A model generated the notes under the pieces. It made no database searches. It was given only the letters and a program-made list of their open reading frames with translations, and was not told the DNA's origin. DNA of 64,000 nucleotides, from assembly GCA_963824385.1 (NCBI GenBank), contig CAWGPD010000004.1:224001-288000 (forward strand), written 5' to 3'. Source of the stretch: an uncultured Nitrososphaerota archaeon (GTDB taxonomy: Archaea > Thermoproteota > Nitrososphaeria > Nitrososphaerales > Nitrosopumilaceae). Within the stretch, counting starts at the first letter, position 1, and the number at the start of each line of letters is the position of its first letter. The position numbers and the translations under genes are program-made. Shown one piece after another: positions 22,105-32,988 of this stretch.

Positions 22105-22941
22105 ATGAAAATTTGCTGGGCAAATACCGAGAATTTTGATGAAGCAGGCATTATAATTGTAGGAATTCCCGATGAATCAAAATCCCATGCACTTAGAAAG
22201 GGTACATCTGAGGCGCCGCATAAAATCAGAGAGATCTCATCCATAAGAGACACATACAAACGTGGAAATGAGATCTCCCTTGGCTTACCTCTAGATGGAA
22301 TTACCAAAAAAGTATATGATTTTGGGAACATTGAACGCGACCTAATAGAATACTCCATGAACAAGATAGTGTCCAAATCAAAAATTCCCATATCCATCGG
22401 AGGAGATCATTCCATATCAACAGAATTAATAAAATCAGTTTCAAAAAAATATGGTCCACTATCACTAGTATACTTTGACGCACATCCAGATTTTGTAAGT
22501 TCAGTACAGGGATACTATGGTTCGGTATTTCAGGATGTTTTACAATATATTGACATAAAATCAAGTATTATGATAGGAGTTAGAACGCCGGAAAAAGAAG
22601 AGATAGACAATATAAAAAAATATGATTTACCAATAATCACTCCATTTGATATAATCAGACAAGGAATACAGAAAACTGAAGAAATGATCCTAAACAGAAT
22701 TGGAAAAAACACATATGTTTCATTAGACATGGATGTAATTGATCCAGCATTTGCTCCAGGAGTTTCAGTTCCTGTTCCACTTGGTTTAAGAAATATTGAG
22801 GTAGCTATTCTTCTCAAATCTATTGCTAAGAAAGGTATTTGTGGATTAGACATAATGGAGGTATGTCCAAATTACGACATCAAGGACAGAACCTCTCATC
22901 TTGCATCAAGAATTATTTCGGAAGTCATATCATCAATATAA
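22105..22941 (+). CDS. Agmatinase/arginase (ureohydrolase) family protein
   Basis: GGDHS, DAHPD and SLDMDVIDP metal-binding motifs. Confidence 0.9.
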   Translation: MKICWANTENFDEAGIIIVGIPDESKSHALRKGTSEAPHKIREISSIRDTYKRGNEISLGLPLDGITKKVYDFGNIERDLIEYSMNKIVSKSKIPISIGGDHSISTELIKSVSKKYGPLSLVYFDAHPDFVSSVQGYYGSVFQDVLQYIDIKSSIMIGVRTPEKEEIDNIKKYDLPIITPFDIIRQGIQKTEEMILNRIGKNTYVSLDMDVIDPAFAPGVSVPVPLGLRNIEVAILLKSIAKKGICGLDIMEVCPNYDIKDRTSHLASRIISEVISSI

Positions 22942-22992
22942 TCATCATAGACACGCCTAATGCTTTTAACTACCCAGATTATTAAAAAAACA

Positions 22993-23397
22993 ATGTTCTC
23001 TCATTTTACATTAAATCAAGCAAATGAAATTCTTCCTTCAATAATTAAAAAATTTCAAAATATTGTAAATATGAAAAATGAAGTTATCAGAATCCAGTCA
23101 GATTTGGAAAACAATCCAAAATACATGACAACTTTCAAGGATTACATCATAAAAAAGCAAGAACTTAACACTGCCATAACTAATTTTTACAAATCAATTG
23201 AAGATTTAGAATCTACAGGCGTTTCCATAAAAAGCATTGATCAAGGATTACTTGATTTTCCATCTTTGATGTTTAACGAAGAGATTTGGCTTTGTTGGAA
23301 AGAAGGTGAGACAGAAATAAAATTCTGGCATGGGAAGGACGAAGGATTTAACGGTAGAAAACCAATAGAAAGCGTGGATTTGGAAAAATTAAGATAA
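22993..23397 (+). CDS. DUF2203-family protein
   Basis: FTLNQANEILP…GLLDFPS…LCWKEGE…FWH…GFNGRKPI pattern. Confidence 0.8.
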   Translation: MFSHFTLNQANEILPSIIKKFQNIVNMKNEVIRIQSDLENNPKYMTTFKDYIIKKQELNTAITNFYKSIEDLESTGVSIKSIDQGLLDFPSLMFNEEIWLCWKEGETEIKFWHGKDEGFNGRKPIESVDLEKLR

Positions 23398-23443
23398 TTC
23401 TTCCATCCAAACATATATTCAAACAATTCAACATCTAACAGAA

Positions 23444-24352
23444 ATGTCAACGCTCAAAGTATGGCTACGTGTTGTACGAATAAAATTTCTTCTTGCATCA
23501 ATTATCTCAGTTTGCTTAGGTCTTGCAATTAACGGATGGCAAAACAAGACAATCGATATCGGTTTTGCAATATTGACATTTGTTGGAGTTATTGCATTGC
23601 ATGCAAGTGTAGATTTACTAAATGATTATTGGGACTATAAAAGACAAATTGATACCGATACCAAAAGAACAAAATTCAGTGGAGGAACTGGGGTTTTGCC
23701 AGAGGGGTTACTCAAACCAGATCAGGTATATCGCGCTGGAATAGCCATGTTGATAATTGGCTCTACAGTTGGCACATTTTTCATAGTTGAAAGAGGAATA
23801 ACCATAGCAGCAATTTTGGGATTTGCGATTGTTTCAATCTATTTTTATTCAACAAGAATTGTTGATTCAGGACTTGGTGAGATCTTTGTTGCCATCAAGG
23901 GTTCAATGATAGTACTTGGGACATATTTTGTCCAGAGCTCACACATAACAATTGAACCAATTCTTGCAGGAATTGTTTCAGGCGTTCTTTCATCCACAGT
24001 CTTGTTTGTGAATTCATTTCCAGATTTTGATGCAGATAAAAAACATGGGAGAAAAACCCTAGTCATAGCATTGGGAAAAGATAAAGCTTCATCTGCCATA
24101 TGGATCTTCCCGGTCATAATATACGGAATCGTCATTACATCAGTCATTCTAGGAATATTTCCAATAATTTCTCTTATTACCCTAATTACAATGCCATTTG
24201 CAATAAAATTTGGAATTGCACTCAAACGACATCATCAAGACATCGAAAGACTTGTTCCAGTGATGCATGGATTTGTATCATTTGGAAGAATAACTGGCAC
24301 GTTGTTTGTCATTTCATTTATTTTGGACATATTTTTGAAAAATCTTCAGTAG
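23444..24352 (+). CDS. UbiA/MenA-family prenyltransferase
   Basis: NDYWDY and NSFPDFDADKKHGRKTL Asp-rich motifs; multiple TM helices. Confidence 0.9.
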   Translation: MSTLKVWLRVVRIKFLLASIISVCLGLAINGWQNKTIDIGFAILTFVGVIALHASVDLLNDYWDYKRQIDTDTKRTKFSGGTGVLPEGLLKPDQVYRAGIAMLIIGSTVGTFFIVERGITIAAILGFAIVSIYFYSTRIVDSGLGEIFVAIKGSMIVLGTYFVQSSHITIEPILAGIVSGVLSSTVLFVNSFPDFDADKKHGRKTLVIALGKDKASSAIWIFPVIIYGIVITSVILGIFPIISLITLITMPFAIKFGIALKRHHQDIERLVPVMHGFVSFGRITGTLFVISFILDIFLKNLQ

Positions 24353-24382
24353 AATTAAATCGTCCAAATTTCAATCAAGTAT

Positions 24383-25489
24383 ATGATATCAGGTTATGCT
24401 ACATCAGATGGCACTTTAAATTATTCAAAAAGACATTCAACTGTAGCAAAAAATTATTTTAAGAGTTTTGCAGGACTTTCACTTTCATCCGTGGGAATTG
24501 GAACGTATCTTGGAAATCCCGATAATGCCACAGACAAACTAGTTGTAGAATCAATCAAGGTATCAGTAAAATCAGGAATCAATGTGATAGATACAGCAAT
24601 CAACTATAGAGCACAGAAGGCAGAAAGATCAGTAGGAAAGGCAGTCTCCGAACTCATAGAAGCAAACGATGTGAAAAGAGATGAGATTTTCATAAGCTCA
24701 AAGAATGGATACGTAACAAATGACGGAGATGTAAATGAAGAATTTTGGATCAACATACAAAATACACTTGTAAGAACAGGAGTAATAAAATCTGGAGATA
24801 TATCTTCTGGGTATCACTGCATGACTATACCATATTTGCAGAATCAGTGAAGTCAAAGCCTAAAAAATTTGGGACTAGACTGTATAGATTTGATGTATAT
24901 TCACAATGCTGCAGAAGGTCAGCTCCAAGATATTTCAAAAGACCAGTTTATGAAAAATCTCAAAGATGTATTCGAGTTTTATGAAAAACAAAGAAAGGAG
25001 AAAGTCATACGATATTATGGCATGGCAACATGGGAGTGTTTCAGAGTTCCAAAAGAACATCCTCAGTATTTGTCACTCTATGATATTGTAAAAATTTCAA
25101 AACAAGTTGGAGGTGAAGATAACGGATTCAAGTTTATTCAACTCCCATACAACATGTACCTTGATCAGGCACTTACTTTAAAGAGTCAGGAAATTGACAC
25201 CGTTCAATATAGCATACTAGAAGCAGCAAGAAAACTTGGAATAGGAGTATTTGCAAGTGTTCCACTCATGCAGGCCAAGTTACTTGCACCAAATATTTTA
25301 CCAGAATTTGGTGAGCTTGTAAAACCGTCTCATCGTGCAATCCAGTTTGTAAGATCCACGCCAGGAATAATTGCACCACTAGTGGGACAAAAATCTCAAG
25401 ATCATGTACAAGAAAATTTAGATATTTTATCTACACCAGTTTTGAGTGATTCAGAGTTTTCGGAACTGATAAAGAAATTATCACCATAA
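24383..25489 (+). CDS. Aldo/keto reductase interrupted by an in-frame TGA at 24848-24850
   Basis: GIGTY, IDTAINY and SLKNLGLDCIDLMYIHN motifs; both track ORFs lie in the same frame. Confidence 0.85.
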
Positions 25490-25528
25490 TTGTAAGTTTT
25501 AAATACAAATCTTAGGACGAATTTCATT

Positions 25529-25672
25529 ATGCCAGTAGATCCAGTATGTGGAATTGAACTAGATGAAAGCCTTGCTTTGGTACACGAATACAAAGGCAAA
25601 AAATATTATTTCTGCTGTCATGGATGTAAGAGGATCTTTGCTAAAAAACCAAACAAGTGGAAAAAAGATTAG
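25529..25672 (+). CDS. YHS/TRASH-domain metal-binding microprotein, 47 aa (absent from ORF track)
   Basis: MPVDPVCGIELDESLALVHEYKGKKYYFCCHGCKRIF…; DPVC…YYFCxxxC signature. Confidence 0.88.
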   Translation: MPVDPVCGIELDESLALVHEYKGKKYYFCCHGCKRIFAKKPNKWKKD

Positions 25673-26621
25673 ATAGGATAAGCGCCACACATACGGCAAA
25701 AATGTGAATCTACACTTAGGGTATAACTACAACATGGACACTTTGTTTCTGATTTAATCAGATCATACGGAGCATCAAAATACTTTCGGTATATTTCATA
25801 ATAGCAAAGAGACTCTTTTGAAGACAAATTGACTTTGTCTTTAGCCAAATATTGTTTAGATTTTTCAGAGTACACAGAATCCGGAATCAGATTATCAAGA
25901 AGAACAGTCAATCCGCTTGTTCCAGAACCATCCTGCATTGCATATTTTTCTCTCCAGACTATAGACTTTGGAAGTATGTCTTCAAAGGCCTTGCGGAGGA
26001 TCCATTTGCCATACATTATACCTCCTTCTCCATGTACCTTCAGATTTGATGGGGTCTTTTTTGCATACTCTGATACTAATGGATCAAGAAAAGGAGTGCA
26101 AAGTGATATTCCAACCGATGTGGAAATAGATCTCGAAGGATAGTGCATTACTTTCCAAATTCTAGCTGAGATCATCATCTAGTTTCTTTCCAGATAGTCT
26201 TTTGAAAAAATTGTATCCTGCAAAGAGTTCATCAGCACCATCGCCAGTCATAATAGATCTACATCCCAAATCTTTGGCAGTCTTCATTGTAAGATACATT
26301 ACAATATTATTTCTAATCTCTATGGGATTGAATACTTTGAGAATCTTGATAGTCTCCTCTGCAGCAGATAATAGATCTTCAACATTTGCAGAAATAACTC
26401 TGAGATCTAATTTGTTTTGTTTTGCCACAAGCTGAGCATACATTAGATCATTAGATACAAAGTCTTTTGTAACAAGAGTAAACGCTGTAATTTTTTTATT
26501 TGTAATACAAGAGGCAAGTATCGAGTCTATCAAGACCTCCAGAAAGAGCGACACAGTCATAATTGCAATTTTCTACTGCTTGTGATACCAGTGACTTTAT
26601 TTCTTTTACAAATTCTTGCAA
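25669..26621 (-). CDS. Asparagine synthase C-terminal-domain protein; indels near 26527 and 26168
   Basis: ALSGGLD(S), TGDGADELFAGY, GKWILRKAF motifs; C-terminal CPCC…CRMC. Confidence 0.85.
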
Positions 26622-26705
26622 TAACCAGATCTTTTCTGCTCTCTAAATTAAGTCATCATAAAAAATATGATTAGGTTTAAATATTTTATAACAACATTTG
26701 GGCAT

Positions 26706-27123
26706 ATGCTTCTTCCTTCTGAAATAGAAACAAAGACTCTGATACCTGCATTGAGAGCAATTTTGGCAAAGAAGCTGAATAGAAGAGCATAAGATAAGAG
26801 AAGAAGAAGTCTCAAAATTGTTAGGAGTAACTCAAGCAGCCATAAGCAATTACGTCAGAGGAACAAGAGGGGATCCAGTTCTGATAAACAAGTTGCTATC
26901 AGTAAAGGAAGTATCTGACATGATAAATGATATTTCTAACAATCTTGCTTCAAAAATGGCATATACCCCAGCAAGTCTCTCAAAGTTCATAGGTCTTTGC
27001 AACTACATAAAATCAAGTCTACTGATATGTGATATACACCACAAGCTTGAATCAAACATAGATGAGGCAGTTTGCAAAGAATGTGAGAGTATGCTTCTAA
27101 AAGGTCCAGGTACTTCGTTTTAG
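26706..27123 (+). CDS. Archaeal HTH transcriptional regulator; +1 indel near 26778
   Basis: MLLPSEIETKTLIPALRAILAKKL…LLGVTQAAISNYVRG; C-terminal Cys/His cluster. Confidence 0.82.
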
Positions 27124-27440
27124 TTTGTTTTTGCCAAAGTAATTTTAATAATTGAAGTCATTGAAGGTCCAGAATTTTCACGAGTCTCTTCGCTATCTAC
27201 AACAATGTCAAGAATTTTGGAATTTCCCTTCATCATATTTTCAGTTACAATATTTGCAACAGCCACTGCAGTAGGTATTGACTGACCGCTTGCTACAAGT
27301 GTAACTGTTTTGTATTTTACTAGATCAGTTAAAAGATCAAGTGCGCATGGTACAATATCTTGTTGATGTATTGTAATTATCTTACCTGTGGAATTTGGGA
27401 AATTTCCATTTAACTGTGTTTTATCTTCGCTAATCAACAA
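27120..27440 (-). CDS. Alba-like nucleic-acid-binding protein
   Basis: VTLVASGQSIPTAVAVANIV…IIKITL resembles the Alba fold. Confidence 0.65.
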   Translation of the reverse strand: MLISEDKTQLNGNFPNSTGKIITIHQQDIVPCALDLLTDLVKYKTVTLVASGQSIPTAVAVANIVTENMMKGNSKILDIVVDSEETRENSGPSMTSIIKITLAKTN

Positions 27441-27494
27441 ACCCTATCACCACCATTTACGCATTCTATTAAAGTCTTATCGACCATTCATCCA

Positions 27495-28001
27495 TTAATC
27501 GAAAAGATCGATGGGAATGTTTTGAAAGTCACCATTTGGTAAAACTCGTCTAATTGTAATAGGAATTACACGTTTTTCAAGTTCAGCATATGCAAGATCA
27601 AGTGATGTTGCAACATCTTTTGGTATTGGTATGAAAGGTGGTGCTCCTAATGATAATTGTAATGCTCTAGCTCCCAGTATTCTAGCTTTTTCAAACCTCG
27701 TCAATGTTGGAGGACCTATCATTATCTTACCTTTTCCAGTCATCTCATACTCTACTGGAACATGAATTGGATCTACGTCTATAATTTCACGTGCGTCAAT
27801 TATCTTTCTTAGCCTCTCTTGTTCTGCAATTTCTTCTGCACTAAGCTCTTTCTTTCCTTTCTTTCCTGGTTTGACCTCCTCTTCTTCTTCCACTGGAGAT
27901 TCAATTGTTTCAACTACAACAGGGCCTATGACTGGTTCTTCTTCCTCTACTGGTTGAACCTCTTCAGTATCTACACTAACTTCCTCAGGTTCATCCGACA
28001 T
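27495..28001 (-). CDS. rpoK: RNA polymerase subunit K (Rpo6) with long acidic N-terminal extension
   Basis: LTRFEKARILGARALQLSLGAP and IPITIRRVLP motifs. Confidence 0.95.
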   Translation of the reverse strand: MSDEPEEVSVDTEEVQPVEEEEPVIGPVVVETIESPVEEEEEVKPGKKGKKELSAEEIAEQERLRKIIDAREIIDVDPIHVPVEYEMTGKGKIMIGPPTLTRFEKARILGARALQLSLGAPPFIPIPKDVATSLDLAYAELEKRVIPITIRRVLPNGDFQNIPIDLFD

Positions 28002-28052
28002 TGTGATGTTGGATAAAGAAACGTTATATATTCATAATCCTTCTCCTCAAAA

Positions 28053-28439
28053 ATGAGCGCAGGCTCGGTTTCCAAGCAAGAACTGGTCTTAACTCTAAAG
28101 GGCAAGACTAGTCTCAATTTAGAATTAAAACGTCATTTAACTCCAAAGACAGTGGGTTTCATCATGAGATCGATTCCAATCGAGGGTAACGCCCACATGA
28201 TTGGTACAAGCATTGCATTTGTTGATACAACCATCAGAGCAGGAGGAGAAAAATTACAAACTCAATTCAAAAAAGGAGATGTGGTGTTTTTAGCCTCAAA
28301 CAGTTCAATTTGTTTTTTCATCGAAGACATGTCATCTACAAAATCCATGACATTGATTGGAAAAATAACATCAAACATTGAATCTTTGAAAAATGTAAAG
28401 CCTGGAGATATATTTACAATAACTCAGGCTGGAACGTAG
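28053..28439 (+). CDS. Cyclophilin-like fold protein
   Basis: TPKTV…PIEG…FKKGDVVF…ICFF…IGKI pattern. Confidence 0.7.
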   Translation: MSAGSVSKQELVLTLKGKTSLNLELKRHLTPKTVGFIMRSIPIEGNAHMIGTSIAFVDTTIRAGGEKLQTQFKKGDVVFLASNSSICFFIEDMSSTKSMTLIGKITSNIESLKNVKPGDIFTITQAGT

Positions 28440-28735
28440 ATATGGTGTCCGCTATAGCCACCTATTCTTTTTACTAAACCCTTTTTCAACTGATTTTGTA
28501 AAAATGCATTTGCGGCAGATATTTTGACATTAGATTGTCTAGATAATTCTTGAGCTGTGAATACCTTTGCACCTTTAATGAAATTCATGGCTTGGCCTTC
28601 ATCAATGATAACAGAGATGTTTGTTCTTTGTTTTTGCTCTTTCTTATCACCCTTCTTTTGACCTCCCTTCTTGTCAGCCTCTGCTGTCTGAGTCTTTTCT
28701 GCTTGTGCTGGAGATTGTTTCTTGCCACCGCCCAT
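28424..28735 (-). CDS. rps25e: 30S ribosomal protein S25e
   Basis: Basic MGGGKK N-terminus and winged-helix TAQELS…KISAANAFL…GLVKRI. Confidence 0.75.
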   Translation of the reverse strand: MGGGKKQSPAQAEKTQTAEADKKGGQKKGDKKEQKQRTNISVIIDEGQAMNFIKGAKVFTAQELSRQSNVKISAANAFLQNQLKKGLVKRIGGYSGHHIYVPA

Positions 28736-28816
28736 GTACAATTCTTTTTCTCCCCTATTTATAAACGAACAAGATTTTAAGAAATTCTAAATACTAGCTG
28801 AAAGTAGCTTTTTGTC

Positions 28817-29104
28817 ATGGGGTTAGATTTAATCGAAGAAAAAAATCTAAACGACGTGATTACCTATGCCCTTGATTATCCAACTATGGTATTAGCAGAA
28901 GCAAGATCATGGTCCATAACAAACATGGATGATTTTGCTATGGGGTTGTACGTTGGATATGTTGAAGGAGTATTCTTTGATGGATTTCTTGGTAGAAACA
29001 AACGATTTTTGGACTCGGAAGAGCATTCTGATTTTCATGTAATAATTTCAAAAAGAACAACAGAAATTAAATTAAAAATACAAGCACACTTGCACAAGAA
29101 ATAA
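28817..29104 (+). CDS. Hypothetical protein
   Basis: 95-aa ATG ORF upstream of lig. Confidence 0.75.
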   Translation: MGLDLIEEKNLNDVITYALDYPTMVLAEARSWSITNMDDFAMGLYVGYVEGVFFDGFLGRNKRFLDSEEHSDFHVIISKRTTEIKLKIQAHLHKK

Positions 29105-29141
29105 CTCAACCTTTTATCCTACATATAGTAAACATCGTCAG

Positions 29142-30908
29142 ATGAAATTCTCACTTGTTGCAGATACTCTAAGCTACATGGAAAATACAACAAAGAGACT
29201 TGAACTGACACAGCATCTAGTGAATCTTTTTAAAATTACACCCCCTGACATAATACCAAAAGTTGTTTATCTCCTTCAAGGAAAACTCAGGCCTGATCAT
29301 GAGGGCGTAGAGATAGGCATTGCGGAAAAGATTGCAATAAGAGCATTATCAAAATCATCTGGAATATCAGTCAAAAAAATTGAGCATGAGTACAAGGAAA
29401 CAGGAGATTTTGGTCAAGTTGCGTCAAAGATACTTGAGCAAAAAACGCAAACAACATTTCTAAACCAAGACATCACAGTTGAAAGAGTATATGACACTCT
29501 CTATAAAATTGCAGAACTAAAGGGTGCAAGGTCTCAAGATATGAAGATGAAATATATCTCTAGCCTACTTAATGACGCAACTCCCACAGAAGGGGGATTT
29601 ATTGCAAAAATAATAACATCAAATCTTCGATTGGGAATTGCAGATTACACAATACTTGATGCCCTTTCTGTTGCATATACAGGCTCAAAAGAAAATCGAC
29701 CAATTTTAGAACATGCATACAATGTCTGCAGTGATTTGGGAAAAGTATCTCAAGCAGTTTCAAAAGATGGAATAAATTCTTTAAAAGGTTTTCAGGTAAA
29801 AATTTTCAGTCCAATTCGACCAATGCTTGCAGAGAGAGTAAAAAGCCCACAAGAGGCACATGAAAAGATGGGGCAGGAATTTGCAGCAGAGTACAAGTTA
29901 GATGGTGAGAGAGTTCAGATTCACCGACAAGGAGAAAAAATTATTTTATATTCAAGAAGTCTAGAAAACATTACCAACTATTATCCAGACATTGTAGAAA
30001 ACATTGGCAAATCTTTGAAAGCCAATGAAGTCATACTAGAAGCAGAAATTGTTGCCATAAATGATGATACTGGAGAATTTCTTCCATTTCAAGAATTAAT
30101 GCATCGAAGACGTAAATACAAGATTGCAAAGGCAGTTCAAGAATATCCTATAACGGTAAATTTCTTTGATGTATTATTAGAAGACGGAAAAAATTGTCTA
30201 GATATATCGTATAAGGAGAGAAGAAAAATTCTTGAGAGAATCATAGTTGAAGATTCTTTTGCAAAAGTAATGCCAATGACATTAGTGAAGGCGGACAATG
30301 AGGTAGAAGACAGTTTAGAGAATGCGATAAACTCTGGATGTGAGGGACTCATGCTCAAGCAGCTTGACTCGCCATACCGTGCAGGTGCAAGAGCAAGTAA
30401 CTGGCTAAAACTTAAGCGCGAGTATAGAAATGAATTGGGAGACAGTCTGGATTTGGTTGTGGTTGGGGCATTTTATGGAAGAGGTAGAAGAACTGGGAGA
30501 TACGGGGCATTGTTACTATCAGCATATGATGATCAAGTCGATGCATTTCCTAGCATTTGTAAAGTCGGCACCGGATTTACAGATGAGAGTTTGGATCAAT
30601 TTTATCAGATTCTTGCAGACAAGATCACTGTTAAAAAAGACCCAAGAATTGAAAGTGGACTTGAAGCAGATGTATGGTTTGAACCAGAAATTGTAATAGA
30701 GATTGTTGCATCAGAGATAACTCTCAGTCCAATCCATAAAGTTGCCATAGATAAAATTAGAAAAGGCAGTGGACTAGCTCTTAGATTTCCAAAATTCACT
30801 GGAAAGATAAGATTTGAGAAAACATTTGAAAATGCTACAACCATTGATGAGATCTTAACTTTATACAATAGTCAAAAACGTGTCATCCAAGATGAAAGAC
30901 AAACTTGA
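29142..30908 (+). CDS. lig: ATP-dependent DNA ligase
   Basis: EYKLDGER, EGLMLK, WLKLK and LRFPKF motifs. Confidence 0.97.
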   Translation: MKFSLVADTLSYMENTTKRLELTQHLVNLFKITPPDIIPKVVYLLQGKLRPDHEGVEIGIAEKIAIRALSKSSGISVKKIEHEYKETGDFGQVASKILEQKTQTTFLNQDITVERVYDTLYKIAELKGARSQDMKMKYISSLLNDATPTEGGFIAKIITSNLRLGIADYTILDALSVAYTGSKENRPILEHAYNVCSDLGKVSQAVSKDGINSLKGFQVKIFSPIRPMLAERVKSPQEAHEKMGQEFAAEYKLDGERVQIHRQGEKIILYSRSLENITNYYPDIVENIGKSLKANEVILEAEIVAINDDTGEFLPFQELMHRRRKYKIAKAVQEYPITVNFFDVLLEDGKNCLDISYKERRKILERIIVEDSFAKVMPMTLVKADNEVEDSLENAINSGCEGLMLKQLDSPYRAGARASNWLKLKREYRNELGDSLDLVVVGAFYGRGRRTGRYGALLLSAYDDQVDAFPSICKVGTGFTDESLDQFYQILADKITVKKDPRIESGLEADVWFEPEIVIEIVASEITLSPIHKVAIDKIRKGSGLALRFPKFTGKIRFEKTFENATTIDEILTLYNSQKRVIQDERQT

Positions 30909-30978
30909 GAAAATTATTCTTGTTTACACAGCATTTACGCAAGGATTATTAGCCGCAGGCCTAGTTTAAAATCTCTAG

Positions 30979-31636
30979 ATGTATAGCGGAGAACTTGAAG
31001 TTCAGGCAAAGAGAAAGGCCCTTGCCGTTTTACAAGACGAAATAAACAGAATTCTCAACGCTGTCAGAGATCTATCAATTCTGCCTGGTTTGATTATCAA
31101 GGCAGACAAATCTGAAATAAAACAACTCCTTGAGCGAATAAAGAATACTGAAGATGAAGTAGAAGCTCTTCGTAGAAAAATCACTCGAGAAATTTCCGAT
31201 GTTGGAGGTCTCATGATGAACAGAGAGAATCTTTTGAACTCGGCATATACAATGGATGAAATTGCAGGATACATCACAGGCATTGCCTTTAAACTCTCAA
31301 ATATCAAGGCAGCCACACTCAAAAAAGAAAAGCTTGACAAGGATCTTACAGAACTAGTAGAGTCAGCTGTAGACCAGATTCACAAAATTAATGAAATAAT
31401 CAGGGCTCTTGCAAGCAACAACAGTACGGTGGCAATTGATCTTGCCCACGAGGCACAGAAAATAGAGAGATTGGTAGATGACAAGTACCGAGCATTAAGC
31501 ATAAGAGTACTTGATGAAACTGCTACGACCAAAGAGCTTATTGCTCCTAAAGGATGTAGTAGAAGGAATTGAAGAAATGTCAGACAAGGTCCTCCAAGTA
31601 TCAGATTCATTCATTTTGCTGGCTCTTAGCCTATAA
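30979..31636 (+). CDS. DUF47/PhoU-like phosphate transport regulator; +1 indel near 31541
   Basis: Helical repeats (EDEVEALRR, ERLVDDKYR); restored C-terminus LLLKDVVEGIEEMSDKV…LALSL*. Confidence 0.8.
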
Positions 31637-31716
31637 AATTTTAGAATACTCTTTTTCCTTTTTTTGCAAATTAATTGTAAACACTAAAATCGATTATCTT
31701 TTTTATTAGAAATGAT

Positions 31717-32250
31717 TTGAAAGGAGATCTAATAGAAAACAGGATAATAGTTTGGAATATCGAAGACTCTCGTGCCCTCTTTGTTGCAGGGTATTATGGA
31801 AAACCAATTGGCATGACAAAACCAAAGCCTGAGGAGATAAACGTGCCTTTGATTTTAGATCTAATAGAGGGGTTATATCTACAAGAAAAATCAAAACTCA
31901 GAGTATTTCATGCCAAAAAACTTGTTACACAAAAAGAGCTTTTAGAAATATGCAGAAGAGAATATCATAATTTTGACAAGAAATACACCGTGTACAAAGA
32001 TTTCAGAGACAAGGGATACATCGTAAATCCCGGAATCAAGTTTGGTTGCGATTTTGCAGTATATCAAAAAGGACCTGGAATTGACCATGCACCATATCTT
32101 CTTCAAGTGTATAATTCCACAGATACCATATCTGCAACAAGTGTTGTTCTAGCTGGAAGATTAGCAACAACGGTAAGAAAACAATTCATCCTAGCAATTC
32201 CAAAAGGAAATAAAGTTGATTGCTTAGCTTTGGACTGGTGGAGAGCCTAA
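31717..32250 (+). CDS. endA: tRNA-splicing endonuclease
   Basis: VYKDFRDKGY, GIKFGCDFAVY, DHAPY and GRLATTVRK motifs. Confidence 0.94.
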   Translation: MKGDLIENRIIVWNIEDSRALFVAGYYGKPIGMTKPKPEEINVPLILDLIEGLYLQEKSKLRVFHAKKLVTQKELLEICRREYHNFDKKYTVYKDFRDKGYIVNPGIKFGCDFAVYQKGPGIDHAPYLLQVYNSTDTISATSVVLAGRLATTVRKQFILAIPKGNKVDCLALDWWRA

Positions 32251-32631
32251 CTCTCTTTTAATGTGAGAAGCAATACGATCATACACTGCAAACAATTCTT
32301 TAGTTATTCCAAAAGTATAGCTATCTTTCCACTTGCCATAAATTCGAACACTACCTTTAGTTGGCTCGACAGTGATGTGTGCGTCTTCATAAGATAATCT
32401 TGTCATCATATTCTTAAGTTCAGCATCAGAATTCAAAATATCAGCAAGAGTACCACCAACCCACTGGACCCCAGTAACTCTCTTTGAAGCAAAATATCCC
32501 TTGGTTTCAAGTTTTGCTCTAGCAAGAAAATCTTCTTCAAATGCATCATGATGTGTCTTTACAATAAAGTGTGCTTGAAATCTGTCTTGAGCACCCCATG
32601 GCATAGGATTAAGATCTTGTGTCATTTTCAA
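32224..32631 (-). CDS. Hypothetical protein
   Basis: 135-aa ORF, start overlapping the stop of the upstream gene. Confidence 0.7.
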   Translation of the reverse strand: MKMTQDLNPMPWGAQDRFQAHFIVKTHHDAFEEDFLARAKLETKGYFASKRVTGVQWVGGTLADILNSDAELKNMMTRLSYEDAHITVEPTKGSVRIYGKWKDSYTFGITKELFAVYDRIASHIKRELGSPPVQS

Positions 32632-32863
32632 CCCCTTTGAATTATTTGCACTTCATCAATGTTAGAACCTTTTAGTGTGATAATACCATGATTGGTCACC
32701 ATTGCTGGAGAATTTGAAAAAATTTTTGAATAATAATCCTTTTTTTCTATGTCGTCTATATCAAGTGGTTTTGCTTCGCCAGCAATACCAATTTTTTTAA
32801 GAGATTCACAGTATTCTTCATTTTTATTCATCGGGTGAAACATATCAGATTCAGTATCATGCA
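32628..32863 (-). CDS. Hypothetical protein
   Basis: ORF coupled to 32224..32631; start uncertain. Confidence 0.6.
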
Positions 32864-32988
32864 TGTGTGAAATTTGGCCAGCCCACAAATAAATATGTCT
32901 GTACACCTACAAAGATCTCAAGTACAGGTTTTGAGCCCAACTTACCTACAACGTCTAAATAGTCCAAAAATATTCAAGATCACATCAA

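Noticed and set aside
9548..24850. Selenocysteine or TGA reassignment as an explanation for the two in-frame TGAs
   Set aside because: Neither TGA sits at a Cys-motif position, many genes end in TGA, and the window has a high apparent error rate.
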